Source: Antechinus flavipes (Eukaryota). Taken from it: a stretch of DNA of 64,000 nt. Below, one piece after another: positions 1 to 12,739 of the stretch. The stretch covers positions 64,790,001 to 64,854,000 of the forward strand of contig NC_067401.1 in assembly GCF_016432865.1 (NCBI RefSeq), written 5' to 3'. The first letter of the stretch is position 1, and each line of letters opens with the position of its first letter. The position numbers and the translations under genes were made by a program. The notes beneath the pieces are model-generated. The model made no database searches and had not been told where the DNA came from. It worked only from the letters and a program-made list of their open reading frames with translations.

Positions 1-587
1 TTTGTTGAACCCACATATAAAAATTCACATCATTTGCTATGAAACTTGGCCAATTAGCACAATTACATTCTATGAAAAATCTTGGCTCAGAGTCCCAAAG
101 AAATTAATCAATTCTGATACTATATTAAAAGAAAATTCTTTGTTTGGGTCTCACCCCAATTAATAAAGCAAACTCAAGAAATAAGAGAAAAGCAGTTTAT
201 TGGAGTACACCAAGGCAGTAATATTTGGTGATGCTAGGCCCCAAATTCAAACTGCCAGCTGCTTGCATAGGTAAGAGTGAACAATTTCCATATAAGGATA
301 AAACAATTTTAATTGCTATACATTTCAATGAGGAGATGGGCTAGTGCCATCTCAGATCATCCCCTATTATAGCATCATAAGGAGACAAATTTAGGGTATA
401 TGTGCTTCTATCTTGTGCCAGTCAGCTGCCACATACTCAAAGTCTAAACAGGGTGTTTGGGGTTTTGTTTTTTTAATGGAGAAACTCAGATTGACTCAGC
501 ACAAATGGTTAATTTTGTACAACTGCCCCCTACTTTGCGAGAAACCACAAAAACACTTATTATTAATTTCAAGCCTCTGAAGTATTT

Positions 588-1190
588 CCTTTTTTTAAAC
601 ATATTTTTTTCATTTCCTCAATTACATGTTAAAACAATTTTAATATCTTTTTTTAATTTCACATTCAAAATTCTACCCCTCCCTCTCCTCTCCCTAAGAC
701 AGTGAACAATCCAATATATATATATATGCAATCATGTGAAACTTTTCCATATTAGTCATTTTGTAGGTGACCTGAAAAGAGAGAGGGGCAGAAGAAAGAG
801 AGAAAGAATGCTTCAGTCTTTATTCAGATAGTTTCAGTTCTTTCTCTGGAGACAGTTACCATGCTTATAATGAGTTTTTTGGAATTGTCTTGGAGCATTG
901 TATTGCTGAGAATAGCTGAATCATTCACATTTCTTCATTATATTATTATTTACTGTGTACAGTGTTTTTCTGGTTCTGCTCACTTTATTTTGCCTAAGTT
1001 TGTGTAAGTCATTTCAGGTTTTTTCTGAAATCATCATATTGCCATTTCTTATAGCATAATAATATTCAATCCCAATCATATACCAATTTTATAACCATTC
1101 CCCAATTGATGCTCATCCTCTCAATTTCTATTTCTTAATTGCCACAAAAAGTATTGTTATAAATATTTTTGTAAAATTAGGTCATTTTTC
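588..1190 (-). mobile_element. Old LINE-1 3' end fragment (end of ORF2 plus 3'UTR)
   Basis: T-rich tail followed by motifs shared with the other L1 3' ends in the window (e.g. tttttctggttctgctcacttt, ccattcccaattgatg, gccacaaaaa...gttataaatatttt); heavily diverged. Confidence 0.8.
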
Positions 1191-2658
1191 TCATGAGTAT
1201 TTATAAAGGCTTCTTGAACTCTCAGTGGAACCAGTTTCCAAAGTCCAGTAGAGGATTGTTTCCCGTGACGTAGGGAATGAACCCTTGCACAGTTTATCAC
1301 AACAGCTAAGACACTATAAAAGGTCACCTTGAACCAGGCTATGGGGAGTTTTTTAGGGATTGAGCCACAAAGATTTTTATTTGTATCAAAAACCCTGGGA
1401 CATGTTTTAACTGCCAAGTAGAACAAGGGATTCCTGTAGATTACTGGTCAGCAAGACACCTAACCTCTAACTTTCTCCCAGAGCTTCAAAGGCTTCTCAA
1501 AGTGTGACTCCTTTTTGTTTTTGTTTTTCTTTTTCTATAGTCTGACCCAACTGTCACTGGTAGATTGACTCTGTACTCCCCACTCCAAGAATTTCCACTG
1601 GATATGGCTAGTTTTTGTTTGAACTGAACCTTGGGCAGTCTGATTAGATTTGGAGTATATAATAAGAAAGATGTCTCCATCTCTTAAGGAGGGAAAGTTT
1701 AGAGAGTAGAGGCCAATAATAATAAGAAAATAAGAAAAAGGGGGAAAAACAGGCAAGGTCCCAAGCCAGATCTGGATAGGTAAATAGAAAGCCAAATCAA
1801 AGCCAAAGGAAGAGAGTTAGGCAGGAGCTAACTAGCTGAGTCTGAGAAAATTTAAAGCCACTGAGATAAAAGCAAAGATAAGAGAACACAGGTGGAGAAA
1901 TGCAAAGCATCAGTGACTGATTGTATGTAGCCCACAAGAAAACAGTGTAAGACAGGATCCATTTATGAAAATAGAAAGCTAGTAATAGTCCCTCATCACC
2001 CAGCAGTGTCCACCCAGCTATAGACCTAAACAGGTAGCTCCCTGACAAAACAGTAGGGGATCCCTGAGAAAATTACTGTAAAACCAATCTCTAGAAGGAT
2101 GAAGTCTTTAGAAAACATAGTATATGGCTGGGCAAGAGGAAAGAGAGAAATGGGATCTGAAGGTATCTATTTGGAGTAATGGCTTTTTGCTGGCAGGTTA
2201 CATTTTGAAGAGAAGTCAGTATGCATTGGCTTGTGTATTACCCAGACCCATTTTCAGAAAAGATGGAGAAAATCTGAAAGCCCCAAACATTTCCACTATA
2301 CATGAAATCTGTTCCAAAAGAGATTGTAAAAAATTCACTTTATAGCTATCAATGCTGATGAAAAAGCTGCAACAGTGTTAAAATGGGAGGACTTTTCACA
2401 CAAAGATGAATAAGCTTTCTAGAACCTTTTTTTTTCTTTTTTCTGAAGGAAGGGCTGGCAAAGAGGACTTACCTTCCTCACCTTCAGATTTCTACTTCTT
2501 TTGTTACTGAATCAACCAAGGCTGCCTAGTTGATTATAGTTTATAAAAACCTTAATCACCAATTCCCAAGCACTTGATGGATCAGAGCAGTCAATTCAAT
2601 TTGGCCATTGAGATTGTCCCAAAAATTGGATGGGCAGTTTCAAAGTCTAACACTTTGT

Positions 2659-2672
2659 GTTGTCATGGAAAC
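2659..2672. promoter_or_regulatory. RFX X-box motif
   Basis: GTTGTCATGGAAAC closely matches the palindromic X-box GTTNCCATGGNAAC; it lies in non-repeat sequence. Motif match only. Confidence 0.35.
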
Positions 2673-4194
2673 TGAAGGGCGCAACCCAGCAAGGCATTGA
2701 CCTATTGTTTTGATGATCCTTCTGCCAATTGTGATCCTGCTGGGTATACATATTGATCTTACGCAGACACTCCAGTATAATACAAAAGAGAGAAGGATAA
2801 GGAGATAATCCAACAGGAAAAAAAATATTTTAATAGATCTGTTTTCATTGATGTAGGGAAATACTAACAAGGAGATTCTCTGTAACCACTGCAGCTCAGC
2901 AACTCCTCTGCAAAAGATTTTAAAATCTTTAAAATCTTAGAGAACAGCCTAGTAAATGAGGGGTCAAGTAAGTTGCCCAGAATCCCATAGTCAGTTGTGT
3001 CTGAGGCAGATCTGGAAGCCAAATATTATATGCACAATTCCCAATGATCTCCTCCCAGCAGATTTTGAACTAAAAGAAATCTTAATGGTCCAACTCTTTC
3101 AATTTCCCAAGAGGAAACTGGGGCCATTGTTATACTACCAGTAAGTTTCAGGCTCTTTCAGGGCTTCTGGTTTCACAGAAACTGATTTGAGGATTTGGAA
3201 TATTTCTATTTCTTTTGTCCTTGATCTGCAAACTTGCTGGTTTCAACCTTGGGAAACAGGGCCAGTGATTACATATATAGCATTTTGTCATTTTGATGCA
3301 TAGATGAGCTTTCCAAAGAAATCACAAATTCCTTTCTCTTCTCTGCAGTCTTTTGAAAAGAATAAACCTACCTAGTAAGATTCAGTGCCTTTTGAAGTGT
3401 TAATCAATCTGCCTCAGTCTCAGGTAGGAGGCCAAGAATGAGAATGTAAATGAAGGAAGATGTTAATGAAACTTCTTAGGTGGTAAAATGAGCAGGAGGA
3501 GGAAGGTCTGAGAAGCATTGAATTTTCCTCAAAAAGAAATGAAAAAGACATGAGAAAATGCTCAAATGAAAAAAAAATGTCCTTTTTCATTTCTCCTTGC
3601 AGTAAGGAACAGTGTCAATATAAAGAGGTTCTATTTTAGTGTTTAAAAAGAAAACATAGATTCATTTCAAATTTCTAATTTAGTGTCATAGGAATTTGCA
3701 GTTATTTAATGAATCTAAAAGAAAATGACTTAAGAAAACAGCTTTCGTGCACATGGATCACAACACGCCAGTATGAAACATGATAAGGGAATTTTTAAGG
3801 AAATCAGAGGTAAAAGAAATTTCTCAATCAAGGTTTAGAAACAAAACAAGATTTTTACCCATGGCCAGAACAGGATATGAAGAAGAATCACCTACAGATA
3901 TCATTGATAATAGAGTGGCTCTCAAGGATTGGAAGAAGAGAATTAAAAGATGAAGATGTAGATTCCAGAAAGACTAGATTTGAATGTATATGAAATGTAG
4001 ATTTCATAAAGCAAATTCATTGTTTAAAGATTTATAAGTAAAAGGAGTTGGGGGTGGGGAATGGAAATTATGGGCTGAGGCCAAAAAGAAAGAGGGGGAG
4101 GGGACCAAGACAAGGTTGGACCTAATTCCTCTTCAGCATTTAGGGATAAGCATATCATAGATGCTTAATAAATGCTTATTGATTGATTGACTGT

Positions 4195-4816
4195 GTGTGG
4201 GATGGCAAACGCCAATTCAAAAATATTCAGAGATATCTCAAAGTGAAGAGCAGAAGCTTTATTAGGATCTTGCCAGAAACGGACAGTCCTCTCACTGCAG
4301 ACCCAGAGGGAGGAGAATCACTTTCACAAAGGCTGTGAGATAATTTAAATGGTCAGTGAGAAAAAAATAAAAAATTACAGAAGCTATTCACTCACCCACT
4401 GGTGTTAATCTTTGTAAAATCATTGGCAAACTTGACCTTTATTCCTTTATTTGTCTCTGGAATATAGGTGGGCTTTTGTGACACTTGGTTATGCAAGACT
4501 TGTTTCAAAAGAAAGAAAGAATCTGTTCCGATTCTAGGTTAATAATCAATTAAAAATAGTTTAAGGAGATTTGGTTTTATCTCAGGCTTTTCTCAATCAA
4601 CAAATAGAGATTAGCCAGTTTGTAGACTTCTCAAATATCTCTAGGCCATTAAAGAGTTAGTCAAGAGTTTTCTCTAAGCAGTTATCTCTTAAAAGTTTTC
4701 TCTTGGAAAGTCTCTGTTCTTCTTCCCAGAGCCTAAAGATTAACATACCCTTTCTGTTAAATCTAGAATTATTAAGTGATTATTCTGAGAAGTCCTCAGT
4801 TTCCCATTTTTGCTCA
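4195..4816 (-). mobile_element. Older LTR-like element (ERV, probable solo LTR)
   Basis: The minus strand begins TGAGCAAAAATGGGAAACTGAGG, which resembles a U3 start, and has AATAAA near its far end (plus gctttatta at ~4257). No TSD confirmed. Confidence 0.45.
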
Positions 4817-5400
4817 ATTGTTTCTAGGGAAAACTGGAATTGAATTTAAAATCCTATTTAATTTAAAAGTAGGCAATATGATGTAATTTAATTCCTTCTC
4901 TTCAAACTTCATTTCTGATTTAGGACTTTTTCTGCCATTCAGAGAAAGAAGAAATTCACTTCACCCTTGGTCTTTTCCAAATGTACTGGAAACACACTCC
5001 TCCTGAACAAGGTGAAGTGAGATCTCTAAAATTCAGTTGTGAAAATCGAGTAAGGCTTCATCTACCCCATAGCTGCAGAAGGCCAGAAGGTAGTCCTTGG
5101 CATTGACCCAAGAACATATCTACTTGCCCATCTTGCTATTCTTCCATGACATCATTTTCTTCCTAACTCAATCAAATATGGCAGCTATGTACTTATTGGC
5201 CAAAGTTCAGTTTCCTGGGTAGTAGAATATAAGTAAGACCCTCAGACAATGAGGATGTGGATCAGTGATGGGAGGGACATTTGTGTTAGGGACTATTTAA
5301 ACTGCTGACCTATCTCTAGAAGTGCCTTCTCTTTTCCATTGTTTGCTTGACTTGAGGGACTACCACTTCTCATGAGAACTAGCATTTGTTTTGCGCCTAG

Positions 5401-5922
5401 TGTTGAGGTCAGATTTGGGGTACCTAAATAAAATGAGGGTTTAGTTGAGGTCTAGTGGCAGGTTTGGGGTACAGGGAGTCAAGCAAAGCTCCCCTGCAAT
5501 CCCCTTGGATTCGGCGCAAGGATGCGGCGGTAAATGGGGTCTAGTAGCGGCATGAGTCCCCAACAAAAGCATTTATTGGCCCGAGAGCTAGATTGATAAA
5601 AGAGGTTTATTATTGGGTAAGCAAGGTTAAAGTATAGGCGAAGGTAGAGATAAGGAGGGCACCGGACAGAGGGTCCAGTGGACAGAGGATCCTCACATGA
5701 CTAGCATGTTTGAAATCTCTGCAAAAAGGGGGTCCCAGCATCTCCCTTTTATAATAGGAGATTTAGCTTGAGAGGCTTTGGGGTGTAGCCCCAAAATTGG
5801 CTCAGATATAGGTCCAGATCTTCTATTGGAATTCAAAGGGACCAGGATTTGTGAGTTAAAGGGTAATTTACATTATTAACTAGGAGAGGATAGGAATCTA
5901 GAAAGGAATCTTTCTCACATCA
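5401..5922 (-). mobile_element. Solo ERV LTR, ERV1-type (4-bp TSD)
   Basis: TG...CA termini, 522 bp, flanked by CTAG at 5397-5400 and 5923-5926. Minus-strand TATAAAA at ~5755 and AATAAA at ~5572 and ~5607. Several CpGs retained. Confidence 0.85.
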
Positions 5923-6119
5923 CTAGATATCTCCAGTTTTATTTTATTTAATGGTCACTCACCATTCTGAGCCACACAGTCCCAAGCAGTCCCTTTCCCT
6001 GAATGACTATTTCCTTTAAGAATTTCTATTTAATATGTGTATATATATATATATATATACACATATACATATATATAATTAATACATATAGATAGAAAGA
6101 TAGAGATATAGATATAGAG

Positions 6120-6298
6120 TAATTAACATATACTTTAACATATTTAACATGTATTGGACTGTCTGCCATCTAGGGGAGGGGGTGGGGGGAAGGAAGGGAA
6201 AAGTTGGATCAGAAGGTTTCACAAAAGTCAATGATAAAAAAAATTACCCATGCATATGTTTTGTAAATAAAAAGCTATAATAAAAAATAAAATAAAAT
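6120..6298 (+). mobile_element. LINE-1 extreme 3' end (short 5'-truncated copy)
   Basis: ctgccatctaggggagggggtgggggg...gtaaataaaaagctataataaaaaataaaataaaa; homologous to the 3' end of the L1 at 11508-11986. Confidence 0.85.
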
Positions 6299-6326
6299 TG
6301 TGTGTGTGTGTGTGTGTGTGTGTGTA
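6299..6326. repeat. (TG)n microsatellite
   Basis: Direct reading. Confidence 0.95.
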
Positions 6327-6420
6327 TTTATATATAGTAAAAAAAATAATATCTGTTTAAGGATGCTCACATGATAACTCTCTTCCCACCTTGCTTTTCA
6401 GCTACCTTTTATGTCTTCTC

Positions 6421-7077
6421 TGTGTGAGAAGCAGGAGAAGTTAGGTTTCCACAGATATTGTCAAAACAGGATGAAGGGAGGAGTGAAAGATGTTAAGATA
6501 TCTCCAATTAATCACTGTGTGAGTCAAAGACCTGGCTAATCAACAAAGTTCCTGACAAAGACACCCAGCCCCAAACTGGCCCAAACTAGTTAATAACAGG
6601 GCACAAGCCTTTTGATATATCAAATGGATAAAAAGGATTTTAAATCTGACCATTTGTAACTTGGATTGTAAATTTGACTATTTGTAACTAACTTGGATTA
6701 TAAATCCAACCAATCTGAACCTTGAAGGGAGGGGTAAGGAAGCAAACTAAAAGTAAAAAGCTTGCTCCTGCTTTTGAATTCTGTGTGTATCCCACTCAGG
6801 AGCACACCTACTTCTCCTGAGAATAGCTGAATAAAAGATNNNNNNNNNNNNNNNNNNNNNNNNNNNNNNNNNNNNNNNNNNNNNNNNNNNNNNNNNNNNN
6901 NNNNNNNNNNNNNNNNNNNNNNNNNNNNNNNNNNNNNNNNNNNNNNNNNNNNNNNNNNNNNNNNNNNNNNNNNNNNNNNNNNNAGAACATTGATTGTAAC
7001 ACTATTCCTGGATTAGCTTGCAACTGGGATAGCCATGGGTAGCAGAAGCTCATCCCAGCCTTACTCCCCAACCCTAC
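6421..7077 (+). mobile_element. LTR-like element interrupted by an assembly gap
   Basis: Starts TG and ends ccctaCA. Contains an imperfect ~27-31 bp tandem duplication (6647-6705), CCAAT at ~6710 and AATAAA at 6830 just before the N run. TSD not found. Confidence 0.55.
6840..6983. other. Assembly gap (N run)
   Basis: 144 N. Confidence 1.
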
Positions 7078-9384
7078 ATGGAGTCTTTTGATAACACCTG
7101 TTAAACTATGTAAGTATGTTGAATGCAGGAATTATCTTTCTCTCTATTTGTATAGTACAATACTTAGTAAAAAAAAAAAAAAAAAAAAAGTACAACACAA
7201 TAATTAGTACAATGCCTGGCCCATAGTGAGCACAGTCATACATGCTTGTTGACTTGCCTTCCAGTCAGAAGACCCAAATTCAAATCCTAGCTCGTTAGTT
7301 ATATAATCTAAGGCAAATCATTGTATCTCTACATCCACTTTGATCACATATAAAATAGATATTAATTCTTGTTCTGTCTCACAGGACATATGCTTTATAA
7401 CATTCAAAGTCCTCTAAAACTGTTAACTATTTTCATTGAAAGCCTAACCTCCCATCATCAATAGTAGTCATAAATAAATTGCAACTAAATGGAATGCTGT
7501 CTCACATGTTCTTACCAGAGAAGCAAATAAAGGAGTTTGTAGGTTAGGTTCTATCATACCCCTCCGGAGATGCTAAATCAACTCACACTCCATGGTTACA
7601 TCTGAGAGAGACAACTCCCTATGGGTTAGCACTTCCAAGTAAGTGTATTATAAAACTACAAAACAAAGTCCTATGAATGGTCTGTAGCCAGTGGTCATTA
7701 CCAACCTGTGGGATTAGGGAAGGCTATAACATTAGAGTTAGACTTTAAAGGTCAGATAGGAAAATCAAAGTCAAAGAGATTATCTGCATTAGGAACAGAG
7801 GACTATGGACAAGGATAATAACCATATAGGGTGAGAAAGTCTGGATGGATTCAGTTCTCCAGTAGAGGAAATGCCCATATCAATGAGAACATAAATCCAT
7901 CAATGTCTAACAGTTTCAACTCTGAAAAGCATAACATAAGAGAAGTGGTTCAAGGAACTCAAATATATTCTTTAAATCCAAAAGGTCTATCCCATTGCTT
8001 TCATAAGCACAATACAATGGGAAAGATTAGTTGAAAATTAAGACATAGGAACTTGCTGTGAGTCTCCTAATTAAGAAGTAAAAAATGTCTCCCAACTGCT
8101 GATTTCTTCATTTGACTTCATTAGAAAATCACACATGGATAGATTCATAATTGCCCTTAAATTACAGACACTTGTTTATAAAACGTTACCCAGCTGATGA
8201 ACAGCCTAACTGTCTACCCAGGATGTCAATTTCCAAAGGCTGAAAAGCACAGTTACTCATTGTTAATTATGTTGAACCCTGCACATTGGTATTCTGGGTA
8301 TTACTAGTGCTGTTATAGATGTGAAACAGTGTGTCCTCATGTCCCAAGGTGGGGTACCCTGCCTAGTGTTGTCAATATAAAGATAAAATGATGACAGAAG
8401 AAAACACATTAATAACAAAAAAACCAAAATGTTTCTGAGACACTAACATGCATAATGCTTTGATCAAATATGATTATAGAGAGGATTAAAGCAAAGATTT
8501 TCTGCACAAAGGAAAACTCCATGTTGGTTTCCCAAGCATGTCATTTCCTCTTCTTGTTATCCTAGATGGTCAATATTTAAGTTTCACGGATCCGGGATAG
8601 AGAGTTGGTAGACTACATCATAGTGAGACATTATTTGCTACCTCTCCATTTTTTAATGCTTTTGGACATGTGTGGAATTCACAGGATGCTTTTTGACATT
8701 TGAAAAATGATCCTTCAAGTTTCTAGAGATCTAGCAAAAGAATTATAGGAATGTGAGGTCATCCTATGGAAATGAGATAATTGCCAAACTTTCTGCCAAG
8801 ATTGACTGAAACTAAATTTTTAATCATCATAGAGAATAATGTAAGAAATAATTTAGTTATCTGTTAGACCTTGCTAATTTTCCCTAATTGATTAGAAGAC
8901 CCATGACAAATTACAAAGTTTTATGGATTGGTATAAGGAATAATGTGATTTTTAAAAATCAAGGACATTGAATTAAGCTGAGTGTTCTTCACTGTACATT
9001 GAACAATTCATTGGAACTGGAACTGCAAGATAGCATGGCAATATGATGAGCTCTTCATTGAGAATAACTATTATCTAATAGTTAAAACAAAAAGTTGGGC
9101 CTTCCAAATTGTGAGTTCCAGTCTTATTTCTGCTGCCAATCAAAACTTCCACAAGTCCCTTTAGCAAATCTGGTCCTCGGGCTCTTCAATGATAACATTT
9201 AGTGAAATATTTCAACTCTAATTTTTGTGAATTTGAGAAATAATATGATTTTTAAAAATTCAAGCATATTCATTAAGTAGAGAATGGAAACACAGTTATA
9301 GTACATAAATGTAACAGAATATTACGACTTTATGTGAAACATGACTATGCATCATAATTTTCAAGCTGGAAGTGACCTTTGGAG

Positions 9385-9540
9385 TGACTTTTAAAAAATG
9401 CTCCATTTTGTAAATTAAAAAAAACCTGAGACACAGAAAGGTTAAGTGTTCAGAATCACACAGATAGGAAATGTCTGGTTTGAACCCAGTTCTTGAGTCC
9501 AAGGCCAGCTTCCTGCCCAATATGCTATGCTGCCCCAATA
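9385..9540 (-). mobile_element. MIR/CORE SINE
   Basis: CORE-like ccattttgtaa...aacctgagacacagaaaggttaagtg; head gaacccagttct...ctatgctgcccc. Confidence 0.75.
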
Positions 9541-9555
9541 CTATTAAGTATAAAG

Positions 9556-9600
9556 AGATTTAGATGAATTGATGAAAAATGAAAAGAACAGAACCAGTAA

Positions 9601-9635
<35 letters not shown>

Positions 9636-9870
9636 TATAAATCTTTTAAGTCAAAACTAAATGCTGTAAAATTACCAAGCATGGCCCCAAAGAAGAAAAG
9701 TCACTGAATATTACATATAATTTTAACTTTTTGAATAAATTGGTTAGTTTTACTAAATTATTTTTTCTCTTTTCTACTCTTGGTTCTTACAGATGGCTCT
9801 CAGAGAGAGGAAAGGAGAAGAATACAGTGAAAGGGTAAGTAATATGAAAATAAAAGATAGCTCTAAAAAT
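9556..9870 (+). mobile_element. Ancient L1 3' fragment containing an (AC)n microsatellite (9603-9632)
   Basis: gaactgatgaaaaatgaaa..agaacagaaccag-type L1 3' motif; similar copies at 35300-35900, 36980-37320 and 40295-40690. Confidence 0.6.
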
Positions 9871-10584
9871 TACTTTTAAAAAATCAAGAACACTGAAAGA
9901 AACCAAGTGTTAATGGTTGCATATGGATCATTGGACACTTAGCTATGAACCATTACCAGAATGCTTATAAAATCAGACAACCCTGTCTAGAACTCGGATT
10001 TTCTTCCTGTAAAAGTGACATAAGAAAAATGCATGTCATTATGGAAAGTGTACTGATTTTGAAGTCAGAGAATCTGCTTTTGAATGTTGTCTCTGTTACT
10101 AAGTGACTTTGGATAAGTCCTTTAACCTCTCAACCTCATTTTTCTTATCTATTAAATGGGGTCATTGTAATAGATGCTCTCTAAGGTCTCTCCACACTCT
10201 GAAATCTATGATCCTATAATCTAGGAAATGTGAGGAGGGATTATTTCTTCATACCTCCAGTACTTAGTATAGTGCCTGGCACATAATTAATAGCTTAATA
10301 AAGTGTTTATTGACTATATTTGAAGGAAAATTGCTATTCTAGGGAATATGCTAAATAATTTTAACTACACTAAATAGAAAGTAGGTCCACCATTCAGAAG
10401 GCAAACTAACAAAAATAACACTTGTTCACAGGATGTTATAAAGCTAAAATGAAATTATGTACGCAAAGTGCTCTGCAAACCTTAAAGAGTTCCACAACTG
10501 TAAGTTGTTCTTCCTCCCCCCAAAAATAGTCTATGCTTGCTCTTAACATATGCTGTATTTATTTAACTGTGTGCATACTCTGTA

Positions 10585-10835
10585 GCCAGGTAGCACAGTG
10601 GATAGAATGCCATGCCCAAAGTCAGGAAAACTAATCTTCCTGGGTTCAAATCTGGTTTCAGACACTTACAAGATGTGTGACCATGAGCAAGTCACTTAAC
10701 TCATGCCCAAATATATTTCCTCATCTGTGTACTGAATTAGAGAAGGGAATAGCAAACTACTTTGGTGACTTTGCCAAGAAAACCCTATATGGTGTCATGA
10801 AGAGAGTTGGACATGACTGAAAAATGGCTGAATAA
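10585..10835 (+). mobile_element. MAR1-type tRNA-CORE SINE with RTE-derived tail
   Basis: A-box-like ggtagcacagtggataga, B-box-like gggttcaaatc, CORE tttcctcatctg, tail ctttgccaagaaaacccta...gtcatgaagagagttggacatgactgaa. Confidence 0.9.
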
Positions 10836-10859
10836 GCACATGTCCTACCATTTATTCTT

Positions 10860-10980
10860 GCTTTCTCAATCTCTCTCTTTCTTGTTCTCTCTACCTCCCT
10901 CTTCCTCTCCTTTTCTCTCTCCCTCTCCCTTTCCCTCTCTCTCCTCTCTTTTCCGTTCCCCCTCTCTTTCTCTTTCTCAC
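10860..10980. repeat. CT-rich low-complexity tract
   Basis: Direct reading. Confidence 0.9.
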
Positions 10981-11129
10981 AAAACATAAATTCATTAAAA
11001 GAAGAACCTGTTTCCTTTTTGTCCCTGGATCCCTAGTGCCTGCCATAGTGACTACAACACAGTATTTGTTTAACTTTTTTTCAATCATTTAATGAAAAAC
11101 ATATACAGAGTTTGGGAGGGTGTTTTTAT

Positions 11130-11365
11130 TTGTTGTTTTTTAACAAGTATTTCAATTCAATCATGTCCAATTCTTCATGACCCCATTGAGGTTTTCTTGG
11201 CAAAGATTCCAGAGTGATTTCCCACTTTCTTCTCCAGCTCATTTTACAGATGAGAAAACTGGGGCAAGTAGGGTTAAATTGCCTGAGACAGGTTTTAAAT
11301 TCAGAAAAAAAAATTAGTTTTCCTGATCCCAGACCCAGCACCTTATCCATTACACCACCTAGCTG
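11130..11365 (-). mobile_element. MAR1-type SINE
   Basis: Reverse complement of the 10585 copy (atgaccccattgaggttttcttggcaaag...cattttacagatgagaaaactg...ccacctagctgc). Confidence 0.9.
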
Positions 11366-11507
11366 CAGACATATGCCCTCAGAATGATGATGGTGCCTTG
11401 GCTAAAGCAGCAGTCTGTATTTATGAACAAACTCCTAGGTTATACCATGAAGTAGCTAGATTCTCCATCCATTTATTAGTAATGGGTTCTAGAGTTAGGA
11501 GCACTAA

Positions 11508-11986
11508 TTTTTTATTTTATTTTAATAGCCTTTTATTTACAGGTTATATGTATGGGTAACTTTACAGCATTGACAATTGCCAAACCTCTTGTTCCAATTT
11601 TTCCCCTCCTTCCTCCCACCCCCTCCCCCAGATGGCAGGATGACCAGTAGATGTTAAATATATTAAAATATAAATTAGATACACAATAAGTATACATGAC
11701 CAAACCGTTATTTTGCTGTACAAAAAGAATTGGACTCTGAAATATTGTACAATTAGCCTGTGAAGGAACTCAAAAATGCAGGTGTGCAAAAATATAGGGA
11801 TTGAGAATTCAATGTAATGGTTCTTAGTCATCTCCCAGAGTTCTTTCGCTGGGTGTAGCTGGTTCAGTTCATCACTGCTCCATTGGAACTGATTTGGGTC
11901 ATCTCATTGCTGAGGATGGCCAGATCCATCAGAATTGGTCACCCTATAGTATTGGTGTTGAAGTATAAAATGATCTCCTGGCCCTG
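11508..11986 (-). mobile_element. 5'-truncated LINE-1 (3'UTR plus ORF2 tip) with TSD
   Basis: A-rich tail on the left. Degenerate TSD AGGAGCACTAATTTTT (11497-) versus AGGATCACTATTTTT (11987-12001); the right copy is followed by AA, matching the TTTTT/AA L1 endonuclease site. Confidence 0.92.
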
Positions 11987-12739
11987 AGGATCACTATTTT
12001 TAAGTCGAGTTTCCACATCTGTGCCTTCTGGGATCACAGACATACATAGATCTGGAGTTAAAAGAGAACTTAGAGATCATCAAGTCTACCCTCTGTTTTA
12101 CAAGCAAGAAAATTGAGGCCCAAATATATTAAATGACTTTACCCAAGAAAAGGTATTATTTATAAAATATTAAATGGAAGAGCCAGAATTTGGATTTGAT
12201 CCCAAGACTCAGAGTCCAGTGTTCTTTCCATTGGAAAAATAACTGACAATCCTCACTGTCTGTTTTCCAGACCATTTCCATTGTCCTTCAAACCTGGCTT
12301 TAGCACTGGAATCTTGGAAGAAATCATCAAGAGGTTTTCTATCTTCCTTAATGATATATTTTCCCCCCTCTTCAAATGTGACCCAAAATATGCCTCCTAT
12401 GTCAAGAAAATCAGTGACAAGACAAATGACATTTCATGCGTCATTCATTCTAGGTGTCGGTGATATCATTCATTTTTGAACTTAAAATCATTCCTATCAG
12501 GTCACTTTTCAATGCTTAAAAAAAGGTGGTATTTTATTGTTCCAAAAGTCTTTTCCTATCTTCCTCTGAGGTGGGTTGATTGCTTATTGCAGAAAGAGCC
12601 CAGAGGTGACATTCTTAGCCAAGCGCATTCTGTTCTTTTTATATTGAGCCGGACACAATTCAGCTATAATATAATAACAGTAAATCACCTTTATACAGCA
12701 CTTTAGAGTTAGAGAGCACTTTACATACATTATCTCATT

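Noticed and set aside
10585-10670. tRNA gene-like A/B boxes (also 39318, 56024, 58475)
   Set aside because: These are tRNA-derived SINE heads followed by CORE sequence and cannot fold into a cloverleaf.
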